From: Pecten maximus
Lineage: Eukaryota
Assembly (NCBI RefSeq): GCF_902652985.1
Contig: NC_047024.1
Coordinates: 25,048,001 to 25,112,000 of the forward strand
Direction: 5' to 3'
DNA length: 64,000 nt
The translations under genes were made by a program, and so were the position numbers. Below the pieces are notes generated by a model. The model did no database searches, was not told the DNA's origin, and worked only from the letters and a program-made list of their open reading frames with translations. Within the stretch, counting starts at the first letter, position 1, and each line of letters starts with the position of its first letter. Positions 26,411-40,400 of this stretch are shown here, in pieces.

Positions 26411-28032
26411 AACAAGAGGCCCAATGGGCCTGTATCGCTCACCTGGCTCTACAGCAACTTTGAAGTTGATTGAGGTCATTTCTACAGATACTATGCTGAT
26501 TACTTCTTTATTCAAATATCATAGTAAGCTAAGTTTATTCATATTAATAAATGTTCTAGTCCTTCATTCCAGCATTTTATTGGCCTAATATCAGGTCTCG
26601 ACCTTGGCTATCGCAAAATTATTGTTTACAGATTTAAGCGGATTTCACCCCTGTGACTTTTAGTGAAGGTCAAGGTCATTCATTTGAACAAACTTTGTAG
26701 CCCTTCACTCCAGCATGCTACAGGCCCAATATCAAGTCCTTGGGCCTCTTGGTTATTGGGAAGAAGTTTTTTGAAGATTATAGCCTATTTGACCCATGTG
26801 ACCTTAAATGAAGGTCAAGGTCATTTATTTGAACAAACTTTGTAGCCCTTAACCCTAGCATGCTACAGACCCAATACCAAGTCCCTGGGCCTCTTGGTTA
26901 TTGAGAAGAAGTCGTTTGAAGATTATAGCCTATTTGACCCATGTGACCTTTAGTGAAGGTCAAAGTCATTTATTTGAACAAACTTTGTAGCCCTTCACTC
27001 CAGCATGCTACAGGCCCAATATCAAGTCCTTGGGCCTCTTGGTTATTGGGAAGAAGTTGTTTGAAGATTATAGCCTATTTGACCCATGTGACCTTAAATG
27101 AAGGTCAAGGTCATTTATTTGAACAAACTTTGTAGCCCTTAACCCTAGCATGCTACAGACCCAATACCAAGTCCCTGGGCCTCTTGGTTATTGAGAAGAA
27201 GTCGTTTGAAGATTATAGCCTATTTGACCCATGTGACCTTGAATGAAGGTCAAGGTCATTTATTTGAACAAACTTTGTAGCCCTTCACCCCAGCATGCTA
27301 CAGGCCCAATATCAAGTCCCTGGGCCTCTTGGTTATTGAGAAGAAGTCGTTTGAAGATTATAGCCTATTTGACCCATGTGACCTTGAATGAAGGTCAAGG
27401 TCATTTATTTGAACAAACTTTGTAGCCCTTCACTCCAGCATGCTACAGGCCCAATATCAAGTCCCTGGGCCTCTTGGTTATTGAGAAGAAGTCGTTTGAA
27501 GATTATAGCCTATTTGACCCATGTGACCTTGAATGAAGGTCAAGGTCATTTATTTTAACAAACTTTGTAGCCCTTCACCCCAGCATGCTACAGGCCAAAT
27601 ATCAAGTCCTTGGGCCTCTTGGTTAGTGAGAAGAAGTCGTTTGAAGATTATAGCCTATTTGACCCATGTGACCTTGAATGAAGGTCAAGGTCATTTATTT
27701 TAACAAACTTTGTAGCCCTTCACCCCAGCATGCTACAGGCCAAATATCAAGTCCTTGGGCCTCTTGGTTAGTGAGAAGAAGTCGTTTGAAGATTATAGCC
27801 TATTTGACCCATGTGACCTTGAATGAAGGTCAAGGTCATTTATTTGAACAAACTTGGTAGCCCTTCACCCCAGCATGCTACAGGCCCAATATCAAGTCCC
27901 TGGGCCTCTTGGTTATTGAGAAGAAGTTGTTTGAATGAAAAAGTTGACGCCGGACGGCCGGACGGACGGCCGGACGACGGACGCCGCACCACGGCATAAG
28001 CTCACTTGCCCTTTGGGCAGGTGAGCTAAAAA
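26411..28032 (+). mobile_element. Helentron-associated non-autonomous element (HINE/Pearl/DINE-1-like) carrying about 9 copies of a 145-bp satellite
   Basis: 5' AACAAGAGGCCCAATGGGCCT hairpin, subTIR GCTCACCTG (26437) / CAGGTGAGC (28018), 145-bp period (repeat ORFs 290 and 435 bp apart), (GGAC/GACG)n tract at 27950-27985, and a 3' stem-loop followed by TAAAAA. Confidence 0.9.
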
Positions 28033-28059
28033 CAATACCATTCAATAAACATGAACAAA

Positions 28060-28065
28060 TTTATT
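28060..28065 (-). terminator. Candidate polyadenylation signal (AATAAA) of HORMAD
   Basis: TTTATT on the plus strand, about 415 bp downstream of the HORMAD stop and just before the HINE end. Confidence 0.45.
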
Positions 28066-28478
28066 AACAAAGCAAATTCAACAATTTTTGAACACGTAAT
28101 ATCACAGTATGTTTCAACAATAATCATTTGAAAAAATGCTTTTTCACAATAAAAACGGTCAACAGTTTTGGCACATGATAGTCACAGAAAAAACAATATT
28201 CAAATAAATATGGCAAATATCAACAAACCTTGTAACAAAAATCTGTACATTCTACTCGTACAGAATTTAACTCGGATAAGCTAACATATCCTAACTTAAT
28301 GAAATATATCAATGGCATCATTTCCCATTCAACATCAATTGGCATTGCTGAAATTAAATGAAAAAAAAAAGAAAGAAAAAAAAGAACTTTCAATAAAATC
28401 TTGTCATTAAAATTACAGATAATAGCATTTAAATCAAGAGTGCTTTGCATACATGTCTACTTCTTGTATTCTTTGCCA

Positions 28479-31400
28479 TCACACCATAATTTCTCTTGCG
28501 ACAATGCTCGCTTTCCTCTTCGTTGTTCTTGGGCCATCACACACATCTTGACTGTCGCAAACATCAAATTCGTGATTCTGTCATCAAAAGAATATAATAT
28601 ATTAATGTTATCACTCTTACTGTCTTTGATATTAACATTTGGCCAAAAACAGATAAACAATTGGACAGCAATCAGATCTAAGATTCATTGGACTCAATTT
28701 GTTGGCCTTAGCACTATCGAACTGGTGCTGTTTTTCTGAGAGAATGGAGGTACTACATGTTATTATAGTTGGCAATATATTGCAAGGTTGAAAATTTCCC
28801 TCATTTTCATATAGATTGGTTGTGCCTCCTGCAAAAAGTATTGCTAAAGAAATTTACATGTGTTTCTAATTAAAAATCCCAGACACACATAATTATATAT
28901 TTCTCTCATACTTCACAGGTCAATTTTTCCGTTTTTGGTAGGGAAAAGATAACACCTGTCTTTTACCAGGATAGGGAAGAGACAGCTCATATGCACTATG
29001 ACACCACTCACAATAATGTTACGTCATAATTGTAGTATGTAGAGTAACCACTTCACAAATTGATAACATCAATTTTGATGCACTTTTTCAAAGAAAATGA
29101 TGATAAGTGTGAAGAAAAGGTTTCACAAAACTTTTCAATTTTTTTTTTTTTTTTGAAAGAGTTTGAGTAAAAATAATCAAATATGGGCCTGTACCATGGA
29201 CAGGGATTTCTCTTACCCTGGACAGGGATATCCGCAGTTTTACTGGGGTGAGATTTTCTTATCACAGACATCACTATGACCTGACCCGGAACGTTTGAGT
29301 GTTAATATCAGTATTATTCAGAAATTAAAATAAGTATTAATTATCAGAGTTAACTGAGTGTTTGGTGTCCTTTTTGACAAGCTTATTGGAATTGTATTTT
29401 GTATGAAATTAACATTGTAAGGTGTAAAGCGTCTGCTGCAGTCTTATCACAACTGTCATCTGCCGTCCACGTGTTGTTGTTACATACGTTTGGATTTGGT
29501 TCACACTTGGAAAACAGGATAAGAGAAAAATAATCATTCACCCATTTTTAGGATGAGATAGGGGGGTCTCAAACCTCGGGGACAGATTGTTAAGTTCCCG
29601 AACACTCGACAAGCCTCGTGTTTGGGAATTTAACAATCTCCCCTCTCGGGTTGAGATCCCCCTATCTCACCCCAAAAGGGGTGAAAGATTCTATTAATCT
29701 TAACCCGGGGATATCTTAAGAGTTTGGCTAGTCAGCACTCCAGCCTCGTGCTGAGTATAGCCTCACTCTTGCACTCAGGTTGAGATATATCAGTCCACAG
29801 GACAGGTCATCTAAGATTATTTAAATCTCATTTTTTAAACATTTTACATTAAATAACATGACATCTCTTGTTAGATTAAGCGATTGAAAACATTAATGGT
29901 CAACCAACTGAGAAAACAGTGGATTATGTAGATGTTGAAAAGCAATCACAAAAGATACCTATCAATATTCTAATTTTGTCACGACATGTTAGTCACCTAA
30001 ATATCAGCACCCCATTTCAGCAATATTTAACACCAAATAATGGTTGCAGTGACCTATATTTTGTATACCATTAGGGTTTACCATTACACAAATCATGAAG
30101 ACCATATATGAAATACTAATGTAGTAGAGTAAATGCTCCAGAATAAGTTTTTGTCAAATCTAGGTCAAAGATCAAACTATATGCCACAGTGACCTACATC
30201 TACTCTGGTACCTCCAGGTAACTAGACATATGTATTCTTCTAAAAATATGGATATTTCAAATATGAAAACTCACTCCATCGACCTTTGAGATTGCCCTTT
30301 TCCTTCCTCTCTTTTTGGCTGATGGTGGTTTAAATTCCTCTTCCTCTTCATTCATTTTAGGGGATAGTCTAGGACTGTGTCTCACCTTGGTTAAAAATAT
30401 TCAGCAAAAGATGTGATGCAATTTAGGAAAATATATGAACACTGAACAGTAAAATGTCATTGCTTCATCAGCAAAATTTTCCCTTCATTTTTCTTAAAGT
30501 GCAATTAGCTTTTATTTGCAAAATTGGGAATCTTGCATCTAGAAATATCTGTCTTTTGCTGGTAAATTATACATGTATTGTGAATATAAATTACATTACT
30601 AAAAATCTTGATATCCAACAGATAGGATAACAAAGATTTTGATATCTACATCAAACCTATCTGCAGTCCTGTGTTTAACTCAAACTGTACCTTTTCAACA
30701 GGCGCTGCTGGTTTCTTCTTGTTCTTTTTCCCTTTCTTCTTTCTTGAAAGACTGATACCTTCTGCCATCTCAGTCAGCTGAGAAATCTATTCAAGTAAAT
30801 GATATGTTTGCACATTATTTAGATATTGCAAGTAACTATCTTAATGATATTGAGGGACATGGACTTGGTGTAGTGGTGTAAACTGAAGTATTCTGTCTTG
30901 GTGATCAGGTTATATCATGATTTTGATACCTCGATCAGGTCAGGACATGAGTCATAAAACTGACTTCCTTTGTCATTTGTGTTATTATGTTAATCATGCA
31001 AGATTTAACGTTATATGCATAACAACCATACATATAAAACAATATAAGCATTTACTGAATGTTCAGTTGCCCGAAGAACTAAATCTGATTTATATTTCCA
31101 AGAACGAAAGAACAATAGATGTAGATACCCTTCCGGCCCCTGATAAAATAAAGGAAACAGTGACCTTGACCCAAAACTCTGGAACTCGAAATTGTCTGAG
31201 ATATTCCGGTTCTTAATTTATCATGTGAAGTTTGATCAAAATCCTTCAAGAAATGAAGTTACTAGAGTGCTGACAATCGTTGGCGTTATGTACATCTGTA
31301 CATCGTACGTAAAAACAGACAGAGGGGAAACCTACAGTACTCCCGGTTTTACATGTAGGGCACTTATAACATACCGGTACATCTTCCTTAGATGTTGGCT

Positions 31401-34400
31401 GTGTCTCACTTTGTTGTTGTGGCTGACAATTTTTCTTCTTGAAGTACCTTGGTATACCTTCATTCAAAATCTTACTCTTTTCCACCATTTTTCCTAGTCT
31501 TTAATTAAAAATATTTTCTCAGTTTAACTAACACAAGTTATTGAAGTACATTTTGTATGTCTCTGTGTTTTATATCAACATTATGTATTAATTAAACAAA
31601 TACTTCTACAAAAGAAGAGACTATCAAGCCAAATTCAATTAAATTCATTGCATATAGAAGCTGAAATAGAACATTTTATGCTGTGATTTTTTTTAATGGG
31701 TGATTGGAATTATGTTGTAGACATATTTAGATTTTGTCATGTGGTTTTATCATGTATATTTTGAAAAAAATGGCAAGTATCAATTTAAAACTTCATCCCA
31801 AAACCTTAAACCATACCTTTTTCCTTTCCCTGCATTACGAATGAAGCCTTCTTTTTCCAACCTGTTCATGAGACCTTGAGCCACAGTCATCTCCACACCA
31901 AGCCTTCTGGCAAGATTAGGTCCAATCACCCTGTTCATCTCAGAGGTAGCCATCAAGGCCCTTCTCCACAGACAAGTAGCCTACATTCATAAACAAAATA
32001 TTGCAGTAAAACTGTTAATTTTTTTTAAAGGTTTTAATGAACATGTTTAAAATCACCATTGGAAGTACACCATTACTGTATTTTATTCTAATCTAGTGAA
32101 AAGACAGAATTTCAATTGAGATACATGTAGGTCAATTATTAAGAGTAGCAAAAATACCAACACGGCTGTTGTGACTAGAATATATGCATATAGTTCTTGT
32201 ATCTTGGGTACTTAAATGTTTTTTTTTTTTTTTTTTTTATATTTCTTTTATTTTCAAACATTTTACATGGTATACATAAATAGACATCAACAAACAATCA
32301 CTTGCACACTCGCACCCACAGCCTTCAAAAGATCATTGNNNNNNNNNNNNNNNNNNNNNNNNNNNNNNNNNNNNNNNNNNNNNNNNNNNNNNNNNNNNNN
32401 NNNNNNNNNNNNNNNNNNNNNNNNNNNNNNNNNNNNNNNNNNNNNNNNNNNNNNNNNNNNNNNNNNNNNNNNNNNNNNNNNNGATATACTTGCATATGTA
32501 GCATCATGACATAACATAGTACAACATAGCGTAAATAAACATAACATAAACAGGATTTTCCCTCATATTTTGTTATAAAAGGTCCTTTATAAATAAATCA
32601 AAAAAATCAAAAAAGTTTTCTGCATTCAAATGACAGATTTTAGAATTAACAGTACATCCTAAGGATGCAGAGTGCAGAGACGTTTAGTTTGGGAGGCCTT
32701 GATGGATTTTCTGCGTATAGCACGCATGAATCCAGTGTCAGGGAAGATCCTGCATACATAACATACATGTACATACATACACATATATATACACACACAC
32801 ACCTATACACACACACCCATCCTCACACACACCCTCACAGACAGAAAGGCAGAAGACACACTAAGGAAGACAGATAGGAAGGGAGAGAAAGGAAGAGAGA
32901 GGAGGAGGTACCATTTCTTAATTACATACATGTAATTATTGCATACATGCATGTACAAGAATATTGTAATACAATATGTATTAAGAGATAAAATACTGAT
33001 AAATCACTGGGCTAGTCAGCGATACAGACCACAACAGTCAGTGTTATGATATACAATAATAGAAGATAAGTAAAAGAAAAGTAAGTTACCTGTATTTATA
33101 TAATAATACAGTGTATATAAAAATAAGTTTAAGACCAGGGTAGGATGTGTAAAAGACTAATACAACTCATAGATCCAATAAAGGCTTCCACTTCCTCCAG
33201 CCTAAATCAAATTGTCTTTTACCATGGTCACTAAGACTGTTATACATATATTTTTGGACTACAAAATTATCTTTAATTACATTAATGAGAGCATTGATAT
33301 TCAAAGAATTGCTAAGACATCTGGTTTTATATATGTAATGTTTCATAATGATTAAAATTTCATTGTCAACAGAACTACAATTTTGTAAAACTATTCCAAA
33401 AAGAAATGAGTCTTTATTATATGCAAAAGGTATAAACAACAAATCTAACAAAGTTTCAAATTTATGAAGAAGAGTTTGCACCTCCTTGCATTCCCATAAG
33501 CAATGTATAATTGTCTCCCTTTCCATATTACATAAAGTACACATAGTTGGGTACTTAAATGTGGTGTGGAGAGTGATAGGCATGATGATTAATATTTCTT
33601 TGGTTTTTAAGCTACAATCTGCTTTATCAAGACTGTCAGTCTCACTGGGAAATCAGAGTTCCAGGGGAAACACTAACCCTCGACATGTAATTGACAAAAC
33701 TTTTAAATCATGGAAACAAATTCTAATCCCTGAACATGAACAGATGTGCAAATATAGAAAGTCCTAGATTTCCATAAATCTTGTAAAACTAATGTGAAAA
33801 AATGTGAAAGTTCATTCCTTTTAACACTAATGACTATAGTGTAAAATCTCTGAAGATTTGGTAGGGAATTTTAGGCATATGGACACAGATGAATATTCTA
33901 AGTAAAAAAAAAAAAAAAAAGATTTAACTTTTGTTAAGATATCTAACAAGACGTGCTTTTGTGATTGCAAGAATATTAAAAGAGAAAACGATGGATTCAG
34001 TATGAAATTTGATCTATCAAATCATGCACAGTGATTTCCTGAAATTCTGAAAGGTTACAAAAGATATATCACAATATGTATTATGTTGTGACCCTTGTAC
34101 CCTGATGTGTATTGTATTGTTAGTACCTCAGTGATATACAGCTCCAAGTATTGATAAATTGACTATGATTAATTAACATTTCTACCACAATACCCTGTGT
34201 TATTCAACTCTCAGACCATCAGTTAATCATTACAGCTGTTGATTAACAATCTGTTTATACCACACGTGGTATAAACTCTGTACGCATTTTGATTGGCTAA
34301 CATGGTGAACTTTGACCCAAGCTGCAATTGTTATTGACGTCATCAATAATCTAATGACGTCACATCACCGGGTCCTGGACATCACCGGTACACTTTATTT

Positions 34401-37400
34401 GCATACGCGAAATTATACTTGGCCACCTTTCCCTTTGATTCAAGCCGATATTCTTGTGGTAGAAACAGGTCACACGACTCGAAATTGTTGGATATGGAAT
34501 TTATTTCACACTCGTAAGTTATTTTTCAAAAGTTGCAAAAAACACTCGCTAAGCTCGTGTCTTTTGTAACTTTTAAAAAATAACTTACAAGTGTGAAATA
34601 AATTCCATATCCAACAACCACTCGTTGTGTAACCTTTATTTAAATACCTGTATTCCAATTGCTGATAGTGTATTCAGATAGGGATCTGTTGGTTCTTTAT
34701 CTTGATTTCCTGGCTACAACGTTAATTAAATATAAAAAAAGCAAATTTAACAAACAAAAATGCTCAAACTTCTTCAATTTAGAAAGATCAGGAAGTTTGT
34801 CCAAAATTATGGGATGTAAAAAAACACACATACCAGTACTGATAACTATAGTTTTTGAATAAAAGTCATGGTCTTACATTAAATTTAACAAATGATGTAT
34901 CAAGGTAGCAAAATAGCTGTCAAAGACAGGAGAATTACTGATTACTGTTATATAGTTTTACTTTAGTTAACACAATAATATTGCAAATGAAATTACTCCA
35001 CCTCTCCACAGACTTCACAAATGTGCCGTGCAGGAGCATCAGTCTCACACTGTACAAGGAAGCATACTCCATGTTGCCACGTATTGCAAACTGCACACAA
35101 AATCATTAATCCATCATCCTACAAAAAACAAATATTACAAATGTGAATGTTTTGCCTTTTAACAGATCAATAGGAACAAAAGTTGTGGATTGTGGGATAA
35201 ATTTTCTTTAATTTATACCAGGTATCATCAGCCTTGCATGCACCTTTAAAGCAGTGCATGAAATTAAATTACTTCTACCTCAATCCGAAGGGTGACAAAT
35301 AAATAAGAAAAAATACCTCATTACATCCACAAGGGCAACGAACTCCCATCTCCTCATCCTGTGCTGACATTTGACTCTTCTGTGATCCAGTTGTATCAAT
35401 AGCACGGTCTGTTGAACCTTTTGTGATTATAAATAGAACTAGTTAACATTTTCTAGTCTTGCTTTGAAATTTTTCCAACACTGCTTGCCTTTTTCTAGAT
35501 GTTTAAAAATTGAAATCCAGTTTATCTTGAGCCCTTCACCTTTAATTTCCATTGATTTTGAGGATGACAACTTACCTGGTACATACATTAATTATCCAAT
35601 TCCTTGTGTCTTGGTTAGACATCTCTTGCAATTTTAGAGATATATCATATGTTCTTTGATTAAATGTTTAACATTTGAACTTATGTTTTTAAAGTAACAA
35701 GTATATACAAAGTATATTTGATCATTTTATAAATAGTGACTGACCAGGCATAGCAGGCATTTCTGTTGGTACTACCGCATCTGGTGTACGGCATTTCTTT
35801 GATTGCTTTCCAAGAAGAGATATCTTTTCTGTTGAGCTATCTTCATTAAAGGAATAAACATCCCCTTCAATGATTTCTTGATCCTAAAAACAAACATAAC
35901 CAAAAGCAACAACTGAGTAAATTATGGGTCCAATTTTGTGGGTTTTTTTTTGGAAATACATCAGTGTGCAAAGTTCAATAACTCTAGGTTGTGGCAAAAA
36001 TATTTTGCCCCAAAATTATGTAGCATCTAGAAAATATTTTGCCCCAAAATTATGAAACGAACACATTGTACCCATTGTTCCATTTTCTAGAACAGTTTTA
36101 CTGATAAGAATCTAATGTATAGAAAAAAGTACAAACCTCTTGCTCCATTAATTCTCTATCTGGAACTTCCACACACATTTCTTCCTGCACAGGACTCTCA
36201 ACCTTTTCTTTATCCTCTTCTTCAACTGCGTCATCTTTCAGTTCAAACTGCTTACTGTCAGTTTTTATTCTCATTTTTATTCTGAAAGTTTAAAATACAA
36301 AATGTATATACAAACATCTACAACGTATAATATTCATCTTTATGATGCGGTTATGTATGAATTGTATTGATTTGATGATCAATATGTAAATCTGAAAGAA
36401 GAATTTTACCTTGCACCTTATACTCATCTTTGTATTTGACATCAATCGTCATACTACAATATAATTTTCATGAAGTACAATGGTAGTAGTTAATGTTAAT
36501 GGAGTTCATATGATTTAACTTGTACATTCCTACAGTAAAAGATGTAATGTCCCCACCACTTTTTGATGAATGAATGTTCTATCAGTTCAAATGAATATAT
36601 TATTGGACTTGCATATGAATTGATCTTGTATGCAGCATTTGCATGAATGTTTTTACTTCTCTGCATGTTAGTTTGAATCAATTGTTAGATTCATAACCAT
36701 TTCCACAATATTCTGACACTACACATACACATTGAATATACAAAAATGTGTTAACCACAAACAAGTAATCAAAAACTGCATATTAAAATGTGCTGGAGAC
36801 AGTTTGTTTTTGTATTGTTATTAAATCAAGCTAGTCTATATTTGTTTGCAAGTGTATATCTTGCATCTAAAAATCATAAATTTCTTTACTAATTTAGGGA
36901 AAAGAAATACCAAAATGTTATTGTTTACTTTGAGATTAAAGTGTTATTCATCTGAATAACTTGGATCTAAAAATCATAATTTTTTATACTAATTTCAGAA
37001 AAAGAAATACCAAAATGTTATTGTTTACTTTGAGAATGAAGTGTTATAATATATATCTGAATAACTTAGCTCAACTGAGAAAGTTAGCTTATCAGATGTG
37101 ACATTTTAGGTGCTACTGCATGTGTATTCAAATGATCAAATTTGTACTGGTAATAGTTTTGATTATTGGTTTATATCAAAAGCAACATAAAAACATGCAT
37201 TGTGAACATAGACTTAAAACTGAGTGAAATGGAATTATTATTCAAATGTTGAAAAAGTTTTTTTGGGGGAGTCGGTAATTATTAATTACAAATAATAGCA
37301 AAATAAACTTGTAACAGAACAAGAGATCCCAGAGGGATCTTGGCGCCCACCATTGAATGATCTTTATAGGTTCCATGTCAGATTGATCTTTTCTCTACTT

Positions 37401-40400
37401 TTCCCTTCCTCTAAGTCTTACTAATCTGTGTAAATTCAGAAACAGCCCTCTAGTACTTTTCAAACAAGGGCAACCTATATATAAAATTTAAGATTTAGCA
37501 ATAATGGCTGTCTGTTGGCCATGTTGTTTTCCGATTGGTCCCAAAATGCAATACCAGGGACCAAGGGGAACCTACATATGAAATTTCAGAAAAATCCCTT
37601 CAGTACCTTCTGTACAATAGCGATAACAAACTTCAATTTTCAAAATACAAGATGGCTGCCTGTCAGCCAGGTTGTTTTCTGACTGGTCTCAAAATCCAAT
37701 ATGCATAACTAGACACAGAGGGCAACCTACAAATGAAATTCAGAAAGATCCTTTCAGCAATTTCTGATTAATAGCGATAACAATCTTCAATTGTCAAAAT
37801 CCAAGATGGCTGCCTGTCGGCCATATTGTTTTTCGATTGGTCTCAAAATGCAATATGCATAACTACGCACTGAGGGAAACCTACATATGAAATTTGAGAA
37901 AGATCCCTTCAGTACTTTCTGAGAAATAGCGATAACAAACTTCAATTGTCAAAATCCAAGATGACTGCCTGTCGGCCATGTTGTTTTCCGAATAGTCTCA
38001 AAATGCAATATGCATAACTATGCGCCGAGGCAAAGCTACAATTGAAATTTCAGAAAGATCCCTTCATAAGTTTCTGAGGAATAGCTATAACAAACTTCAA
38101 TTGTCAAAATCCAAGATGGCTGCCTGTCGGCCATGTTGTTTTCCAATTGGTCTCAAAATGCAATATGCATAACTAGGCACCAAGAGGAGCCTTTATATGA
38201 AATTTCAGAAAGATCCCTTCATAAGTTTCTGAGAAATAGCGATAACAAACTTCAATTGTCAAAATCCAAGATGGCTGCCTGTCGGCCATGTTGTTTTCCG
38301 ATTAGTCTCAAAATTCAATGTGCATAACTAGTCACTGAGAGGAACCTACATATGAAATTTCAGAAAGATCCCTTCATTAGTTTCTGAGAAATAGCGATAA
38401 CAAACTTCAATTGTCAAAATCCAAGATGGCTGCCTGTCGGCCATGTTGTTTTCAGATTGGTCTCAAAATGCAATATGCATAACTAGGCACCAAGGGAAAC
38501 CTTTATATGAAATTTGAGAAAGATCCCTTCAGTGCTTTCTCAGAAATAGCGATAACAAACTTCAATTGTCAAAATCCAAGATGGCTGCCTGTCGGCCATG
38601 TTGTTTTCCGATTAGTCTCAAAATACAATATGCATAACTAGGCACTGAGGGGGACCTACATATGAAATTTCAGAAAGATCCCCTTATTAGTTTCTGAGAA
38701 ATAGCGATAACAAACTTCAATTGTCAAAATCCAAGATGGCTGCCTGTCGGCCATGTTGTTTTCAGATTGGTCTCAAAATGCAATATGCATAACTAGGCAC
38801 CAAGGGGAACCTACATATGAAATTTCAGAAAGATCCCTTCATTAGTTTCTGAGAAATAGCGAAAACAAACTTCAATTGTCAAAATCCAAGATGGCTGCCT
38901 GTCGGCCATGTTGTTTTCAGATTGGTCTCAAAATGCAATATGCATAACTAAGCACCAAGGGGAACCTAAATATGAAATTTGAGAAAGATCCCTTCAGTAC
39001 TTTCTGAGAAATAGCGATAACAAGAATTGTTTACGGACGGAGGGACGGACGGACGGACCACGGACCACGGACCACGGACGCAGGGCGATTTGAATAGCCC
39101 ACCATCTGATGATGGTGGGCTAAAAATAAGAGAGACAATACTTACGTATGGAATTGCTAAATGGGGTTGAGGCAAAATTATTTGTTGACGGATAAAAATG
39201 GTACACATTATTAATTGTATTCGAGTAATTGTCAGAATCGAATTTGTTCCCTGTTAAACTTATTTATCTGTATTTAATTTTTCATCCGAAAGTTTGCAAA
39301 CAAACATAATTTTCTTGATGTTAAAAAAATACAATAAAATAGTAAATATCAGTAGACAGCAGTTATACACATCTAGAAGTACAGAAGATATGCTACATGT
39401 TCACAACATCACTTACAGTAGATACATCTCCAACTTTGATGTTCATTGGTTCTTCATCAAACACAAATGTATCACTCTGTGCTGGTTTGAAACCTGGAGG
39501 TTCATAATCTGCTGGTGTACCTGTTGGAGAAAAAGGCTCCGTTTAACCCTACATGTATATACCCAGCAATTGTCAATACAAAACATGAAACCTTGGGCTC
39601 ATTGCAATTTCACAAAACTTTGTAGTTATTTATTTCCAACTTTGTTATAAACATACCATACTTAATTAATCATGCCTTTTTTAAAAAGCAAATTTTTTGG
39701 TTGACTTCTCATATATAAAAAAATATAAACAGGTATGTTAAATGCCACATAGTTAAATGATTGCTTTCCTTAAAAAGATTTAATTAAAACATAGTGAATG
39801 CATCATAATGATTGAGCTTTTATTATAGAGTTGATCACGGTTGGGGGTTTCGAAAAAAATTTAATGCCAATATGCACACTGACTTGGCATTTCCAATAGC
39901 TCTCTTGCATGTAAATTCTTTAATATTTTATATTTATTTACTTATGTTCAATATGAAAACAAAAAAATGTCTGAATTCCTGGAGGCAATTAATTTTCAAA
40001 TTGCAGTCTAGTTTTAATTGTATTATTCTTGGTATATAATTTTTTTTACACAATTTTTTTTACAAGTGTAAATTCTGACAAGTTAAATCAAGCTTGTTTC
40101 ATGATATTTATGTTTGTATCGACAAAAATACACACAGTCATCATAGTAAAGTAGTTTCATGGTCAGCATCACATCATCTGGTAAAGACTTCAAGGTCTGG
40201 GTCAATACAACCATTGTTCTCAACAGCCTGATGGTAGCTTTCTTAGTCTCCAAAACCGAGTCAGCACTAGCAATCTTCTTTTCATTTCTGAAAATTACAT
40301 ATATTGTATAAAAAACTTTGAAGATGAATTTCGGAAATTTGTTAAGTTACTGAATAAAAAGTTATAGTTAAAATCAATATGAAGAAATTGAGGTCACTCC

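Noticed and set aside
26663-27860. Four near-identical 60-aa ORFs (also those at 45797 and 46121)
   Set aside because: Translations of satellite monomers, not a gene family.
28457-28660. 67-aa minus-strand ORF as the HORMAD last exon
   Set aside because: Wrong frame. The phase-0 acceptor at 28577 gives the closure-motif frame ending at 28479.
32216-32547. ORFs containing X runs
   Set aside because: Artefacts of the N gap.
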